From Planctomycetota bacterium (GTDB taxonomy: Bacteria; Planctomycetota; GCA-002687715), in assembly GCA_009691765.1 (NCBI GenBank), contig SIAO01000007.1:5348-69347 (forward strand): DNA of 64,000 nt. Reading direction: 5' to 3'. Under the pieces are notes generated by a model. It worked only from the letters and a program-made list of their open reading frames with translations, ran no database searches and was not told the DNA's origin. Below are positions 39,524-47,280 of this stretch, one piece after another. The position numbers and the translations under genes are program-made. How positions within the stretch are numbered: the first letter of the stretch is position 1; every line of letters begins with the position of its first letter.

Positions 39524-39558
39524 TGTGACAACGATGAGTGAGCTGGCCACTTGTCACA
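39524..39558 (+). promoter_or_regulatory. Perfect 8-bp inverted repeat TGTGACAA-N19-TTGTCACA upstream of the SelW-like gene; possible operator.
   Basis: Seen directly: tgtgacaa at 39524-39531 and ttgtcaca at 39551-39558, about 35 bp upstream of the ATG at 39593. Confidence 0.3.
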
Positions 39559-39592
39559 TTGTTCCTCGCATGTTTGCGCATAGACTCGCAAC

Positions 39593-39826
39593 ATGAAGCT
39601 GACCATTACCTATTGCGTGCAGTGAAACTTCCTCCCCCAAGCGGCCGGTCTGGCTGCTGAACTCAAGCACAGCCTGAACCTCGAGGCACAACTCATCCAA
39701 GGCAAGGGCGGGATCTACGTCGTTGAACTCGAGGGCAAAGTCATCTTCGATAAGAAGAGCATCGGGCGCTATCCGATCCTCGGCGAAGTGACCAAGATCA
39801 TTCGCGATCTGTACCCAGAACTCTAG
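39593..39826 (+). CDS. SelW/Rdx-family protein with an in-frame TGA in the CxxU motif; probable selenoprotein, 77 aa.
   Basis: MKLTITYCVQ-TGA-NFLPQAAGLAAELKHSLNLEAQLIQGKGGIYVVELEGKVIFDKKSIGRYPILGEVTKIIRDLYPEL. The TGA at 39623-39625 sits where Rdx/SelW proteins carry the second Cys/Sec. High-GC3 coding continues in frame well beyond the TGA. Missing from the ORF track because of the internal stop. Confidence 0.65.
39640..39658 (+). other. Candidate bacterial SECIS-like hairpin 14 nt downstream of the in-frame UGA.
   Basis: AAGCGGCC-GGUCU-GGCUGCU gives a 7-bp stem (one G-U pair) with a 5-nt loop containing GU. This is a structural guess by eye only. Confidence 0.3.
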
Positions 39827-39841
39827 AGCGGCAGCTCAGCT

Positions 39842-41083
39842 TCAGCCTTGCGCGCGCAGCGTCGCGATGACGTGCACCGCGATGGCTTCACCGCGGCCGA
39901 TGGCGTCGAGCCCTTCATTGGTGCGCGCCTTCACCGCTACACGCTCGGGCGGCAAATCGAGCAATGCACACAGCGCTGTCTTGATGCTGGCCTTGTGCGG
40001 GCCGAGTCGTGGTCGCTCGGCGATCAAACTGCAATCCACTTGGGCCGGAGCCCAGCCACGTTGGCGTAGCTCCTGAAGAGTGCGCTGCAACAGCACGCGG
40101 CTATCAGCGCCTTTCAGCGCAGAGTCCGTATCTGGAAAATGCTCGCCGATGTCGGGCAGGCCCGCAGCCCCGAGCAAGGCTTCGATCACTGCGTGCAGCA
40201 GTGCATCACCGTCAGAGTGACCAAGCAAATGCAGTTCGACGGGGATGTCCACCCCACCCAAACGCAACGGTCCACCCCCTACCAAACGATGAATGTCGTA
40301 GCCGTGCCCGACCCGCGGTGTTTCCAAGAGTGTTCGTGCCACGCTCAGTTCCTCCTGCGTCGTGATCTTGATGTTGCTGGCAGCATCTTCCACCAGTGCC
40401 ACACGAACCCCAAAGTGACGGCACAACGCAGCTTCATCGGTGAAATCCCGTCCTTGCTCTGCAGCTCGTTCCAACAAGCTGCGCAGGATGTCACTGCGAG
40501 CTCCCTGCGGTGTACTCGCGAGACGCAACTCGTCGCGCTGCAAGGTGTCGCTCAGAAATCCCGCGGCATCAACGCGCTGCACGGTGGCGGTGACACGACT
40601 CGCGAGTAACGCAGCATCAGCGCTGCCAAGTTGCAGCAACAATGCAGCCACTCGCTCTGCAAGCACGAGGGGTCTGGCCGCGTCGTGCACCAAAACAATC
40701 TCGCCGCAATCTTCAGCGAGTGCTTGAACGCCAGCACGCACAGACGCCTGACGCGACGCACCGCCAGCGACGGCCTGTGTGATTCCAGCTTCGAGCATCC
40801 AGGCGCGCATTGGTTCGTGCCGTGTGCTGAGCAGATCCTCCGGGTGCAAAACCAGAATCTGTGACAAAGGACGCAGCTCAGCACAGGTGCGCGCGCCATG
40901 CCACCACAGGGGATGGCCATCCAAGAGCACCATGCCCTTGCGCACGCTACCGCCCAAACGTGAACCACTCCCTGCCGCAACATGCACGACCGAAAAACGC
41001 ACTGTGTTTGTCCCTTCAGAAGCAGCACTCGTGCCTTGCGGGCCTTCATCTTCTGATCGAATACTGCTTGCGCTCGCGCTCAT
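39842..41083 (-). CDS. ispDF: Bifunctional IspD/IspF (MEP cytidylyltransferase plus MEcPP synthase).
   Basis: N-terminal VVHVAAGSGSRLG (the IspD P-loop-like motif). C-terminal RVGHGYDIHRLVGGGPLRLGGVDIP...GHSDGDALLHAV (the IspF metal-binding motifs). Confidence 0.9.
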   Translation of the reverse strand: MSASASSIRSEDEGPQGTSAASEGTNTVRFSVVHVAAGSGSRLGGSVRKGMVLLDGHPLWWHGARTCAELRPLSQILVLHPEDLLSTRHEPMRAWMLEAGITQAVAGGASRQASVRAGVQALAEDCGEIVLVHDAARPLVLAERVAALLLQLGSADAALLASRVTATVQRVDAAGFLSDTLQRDELRLASTPQGARSDILRSLLERAAEQGRDFTDEAALCRHFGVRVALVEDAASNIKITTQEELSVARTLLETPRVGHGYDIHRLVGGGPLRLGGVDIPVELHLLGHSDGDALLHAVIEALLGAAGLPDIGEHFPDTDSALKGADSRVLLQRTLQELRQRGWAPAQVDCSLIAERPRLGPHKASIKTALCALLDLPPERVAVKARTNEGLDAIGRGEAIAVHVIATLRAQG

Positions 41084-41321
41084 GCGCTCACCATATCAGC
41101 CGAACTTCGTGGCAATCCTGCGCCCATGCGCAATTTAGTGCGCGCCACCCATGTGCGCAGAACCCGCCACAGCAACAGCCTGCATTCGGAGCGTGATTTT
41201 CAGGAACAATTTATCTCTGCTCCCTTCAGCGCCGAAAAATCGAACAGCTTCATCAGGTCGCCAGCCCGCCACCTGCTGAATACGTACCGGTTGTTTCGGT
41301 TCTCCGAGCCCTTCGCGGGGC

Positions 41322-43163
41322 ATGGAGGTTGGCATGGTGAGCATTGAGATCAAGGCGGCGTGTGCAGGTGTCTTGCTCCTGTTCCTCGCAACAGAGGTGC
41401 AGAGCCAGACGATTCTCATTGACGAGCAGCTCACAGGGCCAGTGCGGATTGCGCCCTTCTACTTCGCCACCACGGAGATCTTCGGAGCAAGCAGTGCTCC
41501 AGTGGCTCTCGCCGTTGGTTTTGTGCCGGCATCCATAGCAACAGCGTTCGGCGAATTGGGCATCAGCTTCGCTCTTGGCGGTTTCCTCGTGTTGGATGGA
41601 TTCGACCAACTCCATCCCTTCCATTCCGATAGCTTCCTTGATGCGAATGGCTACCTGAGTTTCGAAGCCGTTTTCTTCTCCACCGTGAACATGCTCGGAC
41701 AGCAAGTGACCTTTTGGACTCAATGTGCTGCGGCAGATCCTGCGGCCGCTGCCGGTTTCACTTTGGGCAACACCGTCGAAGTGCAAGAACACACACCAGT
41801 ACCAGTCGTGTTCACGAACTCTCCGAACTACGCTGCCGAAGGCGGCATCCTCACGATCACCGGGGCCAACTTCTCCAACGACATTGGTTTGAATGTGGTC
41901 ACCATCGGCGACATGCCGTGCAATGTGACCTACGCGACATCGACAACACTGGGTGTAGAGATTCCTCTGGGCTGCACCTCAGGTCCGGTCACTGTTTCCA
42001 CGCCATGGGGTGTGTGCAACGGGCACACCAACGCCATCAACTCTTGGTGCGCGATCATCAATGGCGTCGTCACTCCGGAACAGGCACCAGTACTCACCAG
42101 TGGCTATATGACCATTCAAGGATTCATCCCCTATTCCGGCTTTGTGGACACCTTCACCGTGCACGCCCTCGCTGGTCAAGAGATCTATGCCGAGTGCTAC
42201 TCCTACGACCCCAATACAGGCATGCTGACGGGCGGATCGAACAGCAGCAATCTGTATTTCGACCCCGTCCTCGAGATCCGCCACGGGACGGTGGACCTGT
42301 TCTTCGATGACGATTCCGGTCCCCTTACCGGCGCCGCCATCGGGCTGCCTTGGGGCAGCAGCGGGTTCGTGGCCGACATGGAGGCCGATTACCAAGTGCG
42401 CGTGCGCACGGTGTTCACCGGCTTCATTGGCCATTACTTGCTCAAAATCGGTGTCCGCACTCCCGTCAACATGCCCATGCGTGTGCACTCTGTTTATCCC
42501 AACCTCGTGCGCCCTGGAGATTTCGTCTCGGTGTGGTGCAGCAACACCATTCCTGGCGTGCTCGAAGGGCATTTCGTCAACGCTTTCGGACAAACTCTTC
42601 CCGCTGCGGGAGTTGTGGCCGGGCGCATGGATTTCCAAGTGCCTGCGGGTGCGCGCAGCGGTCCTGTGTCGATCACGACTCCGTTCGGAACGAGCCCCAT
42701 GGACACCGATCGCATGAGCGCGTGGTTGACAGTGCTGCAAGACACCATGGCTTGGGAGATCGAAGGGCAAACGCCGACTGTCACCACCAGCACCACGTGG
42801 TTCGGCTCGCTTGCAATGAACTGGGACCATGACGTCTACCGCGTGCAAATACGCGCGAACCATCACTACCGCATCGAGGTGTACGCCTTCGACGCACTGC
42901 AAACACGCGTCATGACTTCGACATTTGCCATGGGGTACCCAGTGGATCCTGACTTGAGGCTTTTACCGGCTCAGCTCAGCACTCCCATCCTCGCGATGGA
43001 TTCCAGTTCGGGCCCTGGCGTAAACGCGCTGATCGGTAGCTCACTCACTCCGTACTACACCAACTCACAAAACACCTACATCGATGTGTGGGTTCTCTCG
43101 TGGTTCATGGGTTCCTACGGCGACTATTTGCTGAATATCGTGGAGTCGCCACCGGGCTCGTAG
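41322..43163 (+). CDS. Secreted IPT/TIG-domain protein with a C-terminal PPC-like domain.
   Basis: Signal peptide (VLLLFLATEVQSQ). Two IPT/TIG-like modules (ILTITGANFSNDIGLNVVTIGDMPCNVTYATSTTLGVEIPLGCTSGPVTVSTPWG and NLVRPGDFVSVWCSNTIPGVLEGHFVNAFGQTL...GPVSITTPFG). DHDVYRVQIRANHHYRIEVYAF resembles a pre-peptidase C-terminal domain. Confidence 0.6.
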   Translation: MEVGMVSIEIKAACAGVLLLFLATEVQSQTILIDEQLTGPVRIAPFYFATTEIFGASSAPVALAVGFVPASIATAFGELGISFALGGFLVLDGFDQLHPFHSDSFLDANGYLSFEAVFFSTVNMLGQQVTFWTQCAAADPAAAAGFTLGNTVEVQEHTPVPVVFTNSPNYAAEGGILTITGANFSNDIGLNVVTIGDMPCNVTYATSTTLGVEIPLGCTSGPVTVSTPWGVCNGHTNAINSWCAIINGVVTPEQAPVLTSGYMTIQGFIPYSGFVDTFTVHALAGQEIYAECYSYDPNTGMLTGGSNSSNLYFDPVLEIRHGTVDLFFDDDSGPLTGAAIGLPWGSSGFVADMEADYQVRVRTVFTGFIGHYLLKIGVRTPVNMPMRVHSVYPNLVRPGDFVSVWCSNTIPGVLEGHFVNAFGQTLPAAGVVAGRMDFQVPAGARSGPVSITTPFGTSPMDTDRMSAWLTVLQDTMAWEIEGQTPTVTTSTTWFGSLAMNWDHDVYRVQIRANHHYRIEVYAFDALQTRVMTSTFAMGYPVDPDLRLLPAQLSTPILAMDSSSGPGVNALIGSSLTPYYTNSQNTYIDVWVLSWFMGSYGDYLLNIVESPPGS

Positions 43164-43186
43164 GTCGCGCATAGAATCGCGACGCC

Positions 43187-43753
43187 ATGCCCTTCGAGGC
43201 GCTCAGCCGCACAGATCCGTTGATCGTCCTTGGGATAGACCCGGGCACTCTCGTACTCGGGTTCGGCGTTGTTGGACGAAGCGGTGGCAAGTTGCAACAT
43301 GTGGATCATGGAGCGCTACGCGCCGATGCAAAATCCACAGTGGCGGAACGCTTGAAGGTACTGGCGCAAGGTGTGCGCGCTTTGCTGGCGCATCACCGAC
43401 CGCATGTTGTGGCCCTCGAAGAGGCGTTCGTGGATCGCAATGTGCAATCCGCGCTGCGCATTGGCGAGGCCCGCGGCATCGTGCTCTGCGCCGCTGCTGA
43501 AGCCGGCATTCCCGTCGTGGACTTCCCTACGGCTCGCGTGAAAGCACGTGTTGGCGGACATGGCGCCGCAACCAAATCCTGCGTCCGCAGCATGGTGATG
43601 CTGGAACTCGCGCTCAAGACCGCGCCCACGCCCCTCGACGCGAGCGATGCTTTGGCCCTCGCCCTCGCGTTGCTGCACGACCGCCGTCTCGATCCACGTT
43701 TCGCTGCCCTCAAGGCGCCGAAACCAAAGTCGCGCAGCCGTCCGCGTCGATGA
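43187..43753 (+). CDS. ruvC: Holliday junction resolvase RuvC.
   Basis: LIVLGIDPGTLVLGFGVV...HVVALEEAFVDRNVQSALRIGEARG matches the RuvC catalytic motifs. Confidence 0.9.
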   Translation: MPFEALSRTDPLIVLGIDPGTLVLGFGVVGRSGGKLQHVDHGALRADAKSTVAERLKVLAQGVRALLAHHRPHVVALEEAFVDRNVQSALRIGEARGIVLCAAAEAGIPVVDFPTARVKARVGGHGAATKSCVRSMVMLELALKTAPTPLDASDALALALALLHDRRLDPRFAALKAPKPKSRSRPRR

Positions 43754-43769
43754 GTTCTGCGGAGATCCG

Positions 43770-44330
43770 ATGATCAACCTGCGCTCACACGTAGCTTTAT
43801 GCTGCTTCGTCCTTCTCTGCCACTCCTGCGTGCAAGCACCGGAAGTGACTCGCTCAGAAACCGTGCGCCCTAGCATGTTGCGCCATGACGACGCAGACGT
43901 GCCAGCAAGCGTGCGCGCGCTCGAAACCGTGATCGACGCAGAAGGGGCACTCATTGCGGATGAGATCACAATCCACTGCTCTTGCAACTATGAATGGGAT
44001 GTCTCGCTGAGTGGCGAAGATGTTCTGCCCCAGCGTTCCGACGGCGATGAGAAGATCAGTGAAGCCCGCGGCAAAGCCCGCGCACAATTCCGCAACTTGC
44101 AACTGCGCGCCGTGCGTCGCATCGTGTTCCGCAAGAGCGGATTCGATGTGCAGCCCTTTATTCGCATCACAGCCGTGGGGCGCGCCGCCTACGCAACAGA
44201 CGCCAGCGTTTTTCGCGGTGCCCAGATACGCATCGACAATGCTCAACTGACGGTGGATGGCTTGCCCGTGCCTGCACCAACTGCACCCGGCTCACCGCTG
44301 GTTCTTGAGCAGAATCCACGGCGGGGGTAG
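43770..44330 (+). CDS. Hypothetical secreted protein.
   Basis: Start trimmed to MINLRSHVALCCFVLLCHSCVQA (signal-like). Coding-like GC3, no known motif. The ORF-track start at 43647 overlaps ruvC. Confidence 0.4.
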   Translation: MINLRSHVALCCFVLLCHSCVQAPEVTRSETVRPSMLRHDDADVPASVRALETVIDAEGALIADEITIHCSCNYEWDVSLSGEDVLPQRSDGDEKISEARGKARAQFRNLQLRAVRRIVFRKSGFDVQPFIRITAVGRAAYATDASVFRGAQIRIDNAQLTVDGLPVPAPTAPGSPLVLEQNPRRG

Positions 44331-44339
44331 TTTGCGCGC

Positions 44340-45311
44340 ATGAAGCGCTTCCTCTCGGGGGTTCAACCTTCGGGTCTCCCTCACCTCGGCAATTACTTCG
44401 GCGCCATCGCGATGCACCTCGCTCTAGCGCAAGAAGGCGAAGCGTACTGGTTCATCGCCGATCTGCACGCGCTGACAAGTTTGAAAGACGCCGACAAACT
44501 CCGTGAGATGACGCGCGAAATAGCCGTCACCTATCTCGCGCTTGGCTTGAACCCCGAACGCACCGTGTTCTGGCGCCAAAGTGATGTGCCCGAAGTGACA
44601 GAAGTTGCGTGGTTGCTCAGCAGCGTCACTGGCATGGGACTCTTGGAGCGCGGCCACTCGTACAAAGATAAACTCGCTCACGGACTCACTCCCAATGTTG
44701 GGTTGTTCTATTACCCCGTGCTCATGGCGGCGGACATCCTCTGCTTCGACGCCGACGAAGTGCCGGTGGGCAAGGATCAGATTCAGCATGTGGAGTTCGC
44801 TCAAGACATGGCCGGTGCGTTCGACGCAGCGTATGGCGCCACCTTCAAGCGGCCAGAATGGCGCATGTCACCGACGCCGCGCGTGCTCGGCCTCGATGGC
44901 CAAAAGATGAGCAAGAGCTATGGCAACGCACTGTGGATTTTCGAAGAAGGAAAAGCGCTATCCAAAGCCATCGGCAAACTACCGACAGACTCACGCCCAC
45001 CTTCCGAGCCGAAAGAACCCGATGGTGTGCTGCTTTTCGATTGGTTGAAACTGCTTGTGCCTGCAGACGAGTTTGAATCGCTGTGTGGTCGCGCGCGCAC
45101 GGGTGGAGACAACGGACCGGGCTACGGCGAGCTGAAAAAACGCCTCGCCGCCGCCATGGATGAACGCTTCGGCCCAGCACGTGAAGAGCGCCGCAGATTG
45201 CTGGCGCATCCGCAGCACGTCGACACGGTGCTTGCACAGGGCGCGCAACGCGCAGCCCTCGTCGCTCGCGGCGTCCGTGATCGTGCTTACAAGGCCTGCG
45301 GGCTGCGCTGA
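44340..45311 (+). CDS. trpS: Tryptophanyl-tRNA synthetase.
   Basis: SGVQPSGLPHLGNYFGAI (HIGH-region equivalent) and QKMSKS (KMSKS), 323 aa class I. Confidence 0.9.
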   Translation: MKRFLSGVQPSGLPHLGNYFGAIAMHLALAQEGEAYWFIADLHALTSLKDADKLREMTREIAVTYLALGLNPERTVFWRQSDVPEVTEVAWLLSSVTGMGLLERGHSYKDKLAHGLTPNVGLFYYPVLMAADILCFDADEVPVGKDQIQHVEFAQDMAGAFDAAYGATFKRPEWRMSPTPRVLGLDGQKMSKSYGNALWIFEEGKALSKAIGKLPTDSRPPSEPKEPDGVLLFDWLKLLVPADEFESLCGRARTGGDNGPGYGELKKRLAAAMDERFGPAREERRRLLAHPQHVDTVLAQGAQRAALVARGVRDRAYKACGLR

Positions 45312-45324
45312 AACTTCACACAGC

Positions 45325-45918
45325 TCAGTCGCGTTGCGGCAACAAGCGCGCCATCCACTTGCCAACTTGGTCCGCTTCGAGGTGCACTTTCGAGCCAACC
45401 TTGAGCGCACCGAGTGTGGTGACGGCCAGCGTGTGCGGAATGAGACACACGGTGGCGCTCTCTTTTTGCAACGCCGCGAGCGTGAGAGAAACGCCATCCA
45501 CGGTGATGCTGCCCTTCGGAATCGTGAAGCGTTCCACTTGCGGCGGCAGCTCGATGGTCACGCTCGTTTGCTCCGGCGTCGTGGTCACATCGAGAACGGT
45601 GCCCACACCATCGACATGCCCAGACACCAAGTGGCCGCCCAAGTGGTCCCCGAGCTTCAAAGCGCGCTCGAGATTCACGGCGTCGCTGACATGCAGGCTC
45701 AGGAAATCCGTCAGACGCAGCGTCTCACCCATCATGTGAAAGCCAGCCACAGCCCCATCCAGCACCTCCACGGTCAAGCAGCAACCGCGCACGCAGATCG
45801 AATCCCCCAGCCTCACGCCGCCTACAGCGGCACCGAGGTCGATGGCCAACCACAGCGCGCCGGACTTTTCCTCGCGCCGCGTCACTCGCCCCATGGTCTC
45901 GACGATGCCGGTAAACAT
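45325..45918 (-). CDS. ribE: Riboflavin synthase (alpha subunit).
   Basis: MFTGIVETMGRV start and duplicated lumazine-binding halves (GDSICVRGCCLTV, GSITVDGVSLT). Start trimmed to MFTGIV. Confidence 0.85.
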   Translation of the reverse strand: MFTGIVETMGRVTRREEKSGALWLAIDLGAAVGGVRLGDSICVRGCCLTVEVLDGAVAGFHMMGETLRLTDFLSLHVSDAVNLERALKLGDHLGGHLVSGHVDGVGTVLDVTTTPEQTSVTIELPPQVERFTIPKGSITVDGVSLTLAALQKESATVCLIPHTLAVTTLGALKVGSKVHLEADQVGKWMARLLPQRD

Positions 45919-46043
45919 GGCTTCAGTTTCGCTCCCCGCAAGCTGCAACCCAACCCCTTGCAGTTTCACGACTTCAGGCTGTGCAAATGCACTACGCCAC
46001 CACGCGACGCGCATTGCTTGATCCCAGTGCACCCCTCTGTATC

Positions 46044-46844
46044 ATGACGCGCTCGCTAAACCTTGACCCGGTCAGTCTTTCCGTTCGTACGGAGCCTACG
46101 GTCAAGGGTGCGAGTACCACAGGGACGAGTGTGCGGATCGATGTCCTGACCATCTTCCCTGGCATCCTCGAGGGCTTTCTTAACGAGAGCATCGTGCGGA
46201 TTGCCAGAGAAAAAGGACTGCTTGAAGTCGTCTTGCACGATTTTCGGCAGTTCGCGGAGGACAAACACCGCACCGTGGACGACAAGCCATTCGGTGGCGG
46301 GCCGGGCATGGTGCTGAAGCCGGAACCGATCTTTGCCTGTTTAGAGGCTTTGATCGCGAAGGATCAGCAACCACCTCGCATGTTGCTGATGTCCCCGTGT
46401 GGCAGCACGCTGACACAGAAGCGCATGCGCGAGTTCGCGAAGGACGAGCGCTTGGTGATCCTGTGCGGGCGTTATGAGGGTTATGACGAGCGCATCAAAC
46501 TCGGCTGGCCCTTTGAAGAAGTGTCTATCGGTGACTATGTGCTGAGTGGCGGGGAAGTCCCCGCGATGGTGGTGATTGATTCGGTTGCGCGCCTCCTCCC
46601 GGGAGTGCTGGGCCACGATCTGTCGGCCTTGCAGGATTCCTTCGAGGGCCCGCTGCTGGACCATCCCCACTACACGCGTCCTGCGGATTTCCGCGGTATG
46701 CAAGTGCCTGCTGTTCTGCTCAGCGGAGACCACTCCAAAGTGGCCGCGTGGCGGAAACAACAGGCGTTGGAACGAACACAGGTGCGTAGGCCGGATCTCC
46801 TTCGTGGAGATGCGCGCCGCGGACCCGATGCTGGACAAGTTTGA
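46044..46844 (+). CDS. trmD: tRNA (guanine37-N1)-methyltransferase.
   Basis: RIDVLTIFPG, PFGGGPGMV and LLMSPCG...VILCGRYEGYDERI are TrmD SPOUT motifs. The N-terminal extension is unusual; the true start may be the GTG near 46128 (VRIDVL). Confidence 0.85.
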   Translation: MTRSLNLDPVSLSVRTEPTVKGASTTGTSVRIDVLTIFPGILEGFLNESIVRIAREKGLLEVVLHDFRQFAEDKHRTVDDKPFGGGPGMVLKPEPIFACLEALIAKDQQPPRMLLMSPCGSTLTQKRMREFAKDERLVILCGRYEGYDERIKLGWPFEEVSIGDYVLSGGEVPAMVVIDSVARLLPGVLGHDLSALQDSFEGPLLDHPHYTRPADFRGMQVPAVLLSGDHSKVAAWRKQQALERTQVRRPDLLRGDARRGPDAGQV

Positions 46845-46873
46845 CGCCGTGAAACGGTGCCGGAGCCGAGACG

Positions 46874-47224
46874 ATGAATAAGCATGATGATGTGGTGAAC
46901 GAAGCCCGCCGCAAAGTGCCGCTGACGAAGTTCAACGTGGGCGACACTGTGGACGTGCAGGTACTGATTCGCGAAGGCGACAAAGAGCGCATACAGATCT
47001 TCAACGGCACTGTCATCGCACGCCGCGGCAAAGAAGGCACTTCGGCCACTTTCACGGTGCGCCGCATCGTGCAAGGCGAAGGTGTAGAACGCATCTTCCC
47101 CATCAACTCACCCAAAGTGGTGGGGCTTGTCGTGAAGTCTCGCGCCAGCGTGCGCAGAGCGAAACTGTTCTACCTGCGCGAGCGCGTGGGCAAGGCTGCC
47201 AAGCTCAAAGAAATCATCGGCTGA
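46874..47224 (+). CDS. rplS: 50S ribosomal protein L19.
   Basis: [50 protein letters not shown] is the L19 signature. Confidence 0.9.
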   Translation: MNKHDDVVNEARRKVPLTKFNVGDTVDVQVLIREGDKERIQIFNGTVIARRGKEGTSATFTVRRIVQGEGVERIFPINSPKVVGLVVKSRASVRRAKLFYLRERVGKAAKLKEIIG

Positions 47225-47237
47225 TGCTCTCTGCGAT

Positions 47238-47268
47238 GCCCGCCACGGCGGGCCCGTTTCGTTTTTTT
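47238..47268 (+). terminator. Rho-independent terminator after rplS.
   Basis: GCCCGC-CACG-GCGGGC hairpin followed by CCGTTTCGTTTTTTTGC. The SD GAGGAGG of secDF follows immediately. Confidence 0.5.
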
Positions 47269-47280
47269 GCTTGAGGAGGG

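Noticed and set aside
43647-43769. ORF-track start of the hypothetical protein, overlapping the ruvC 3' end.
   Set aside because: The overlap with conserved RuvC C-terminal coding is unlikely. The internal Met at 43770 begins a signal-peptide-like segment.
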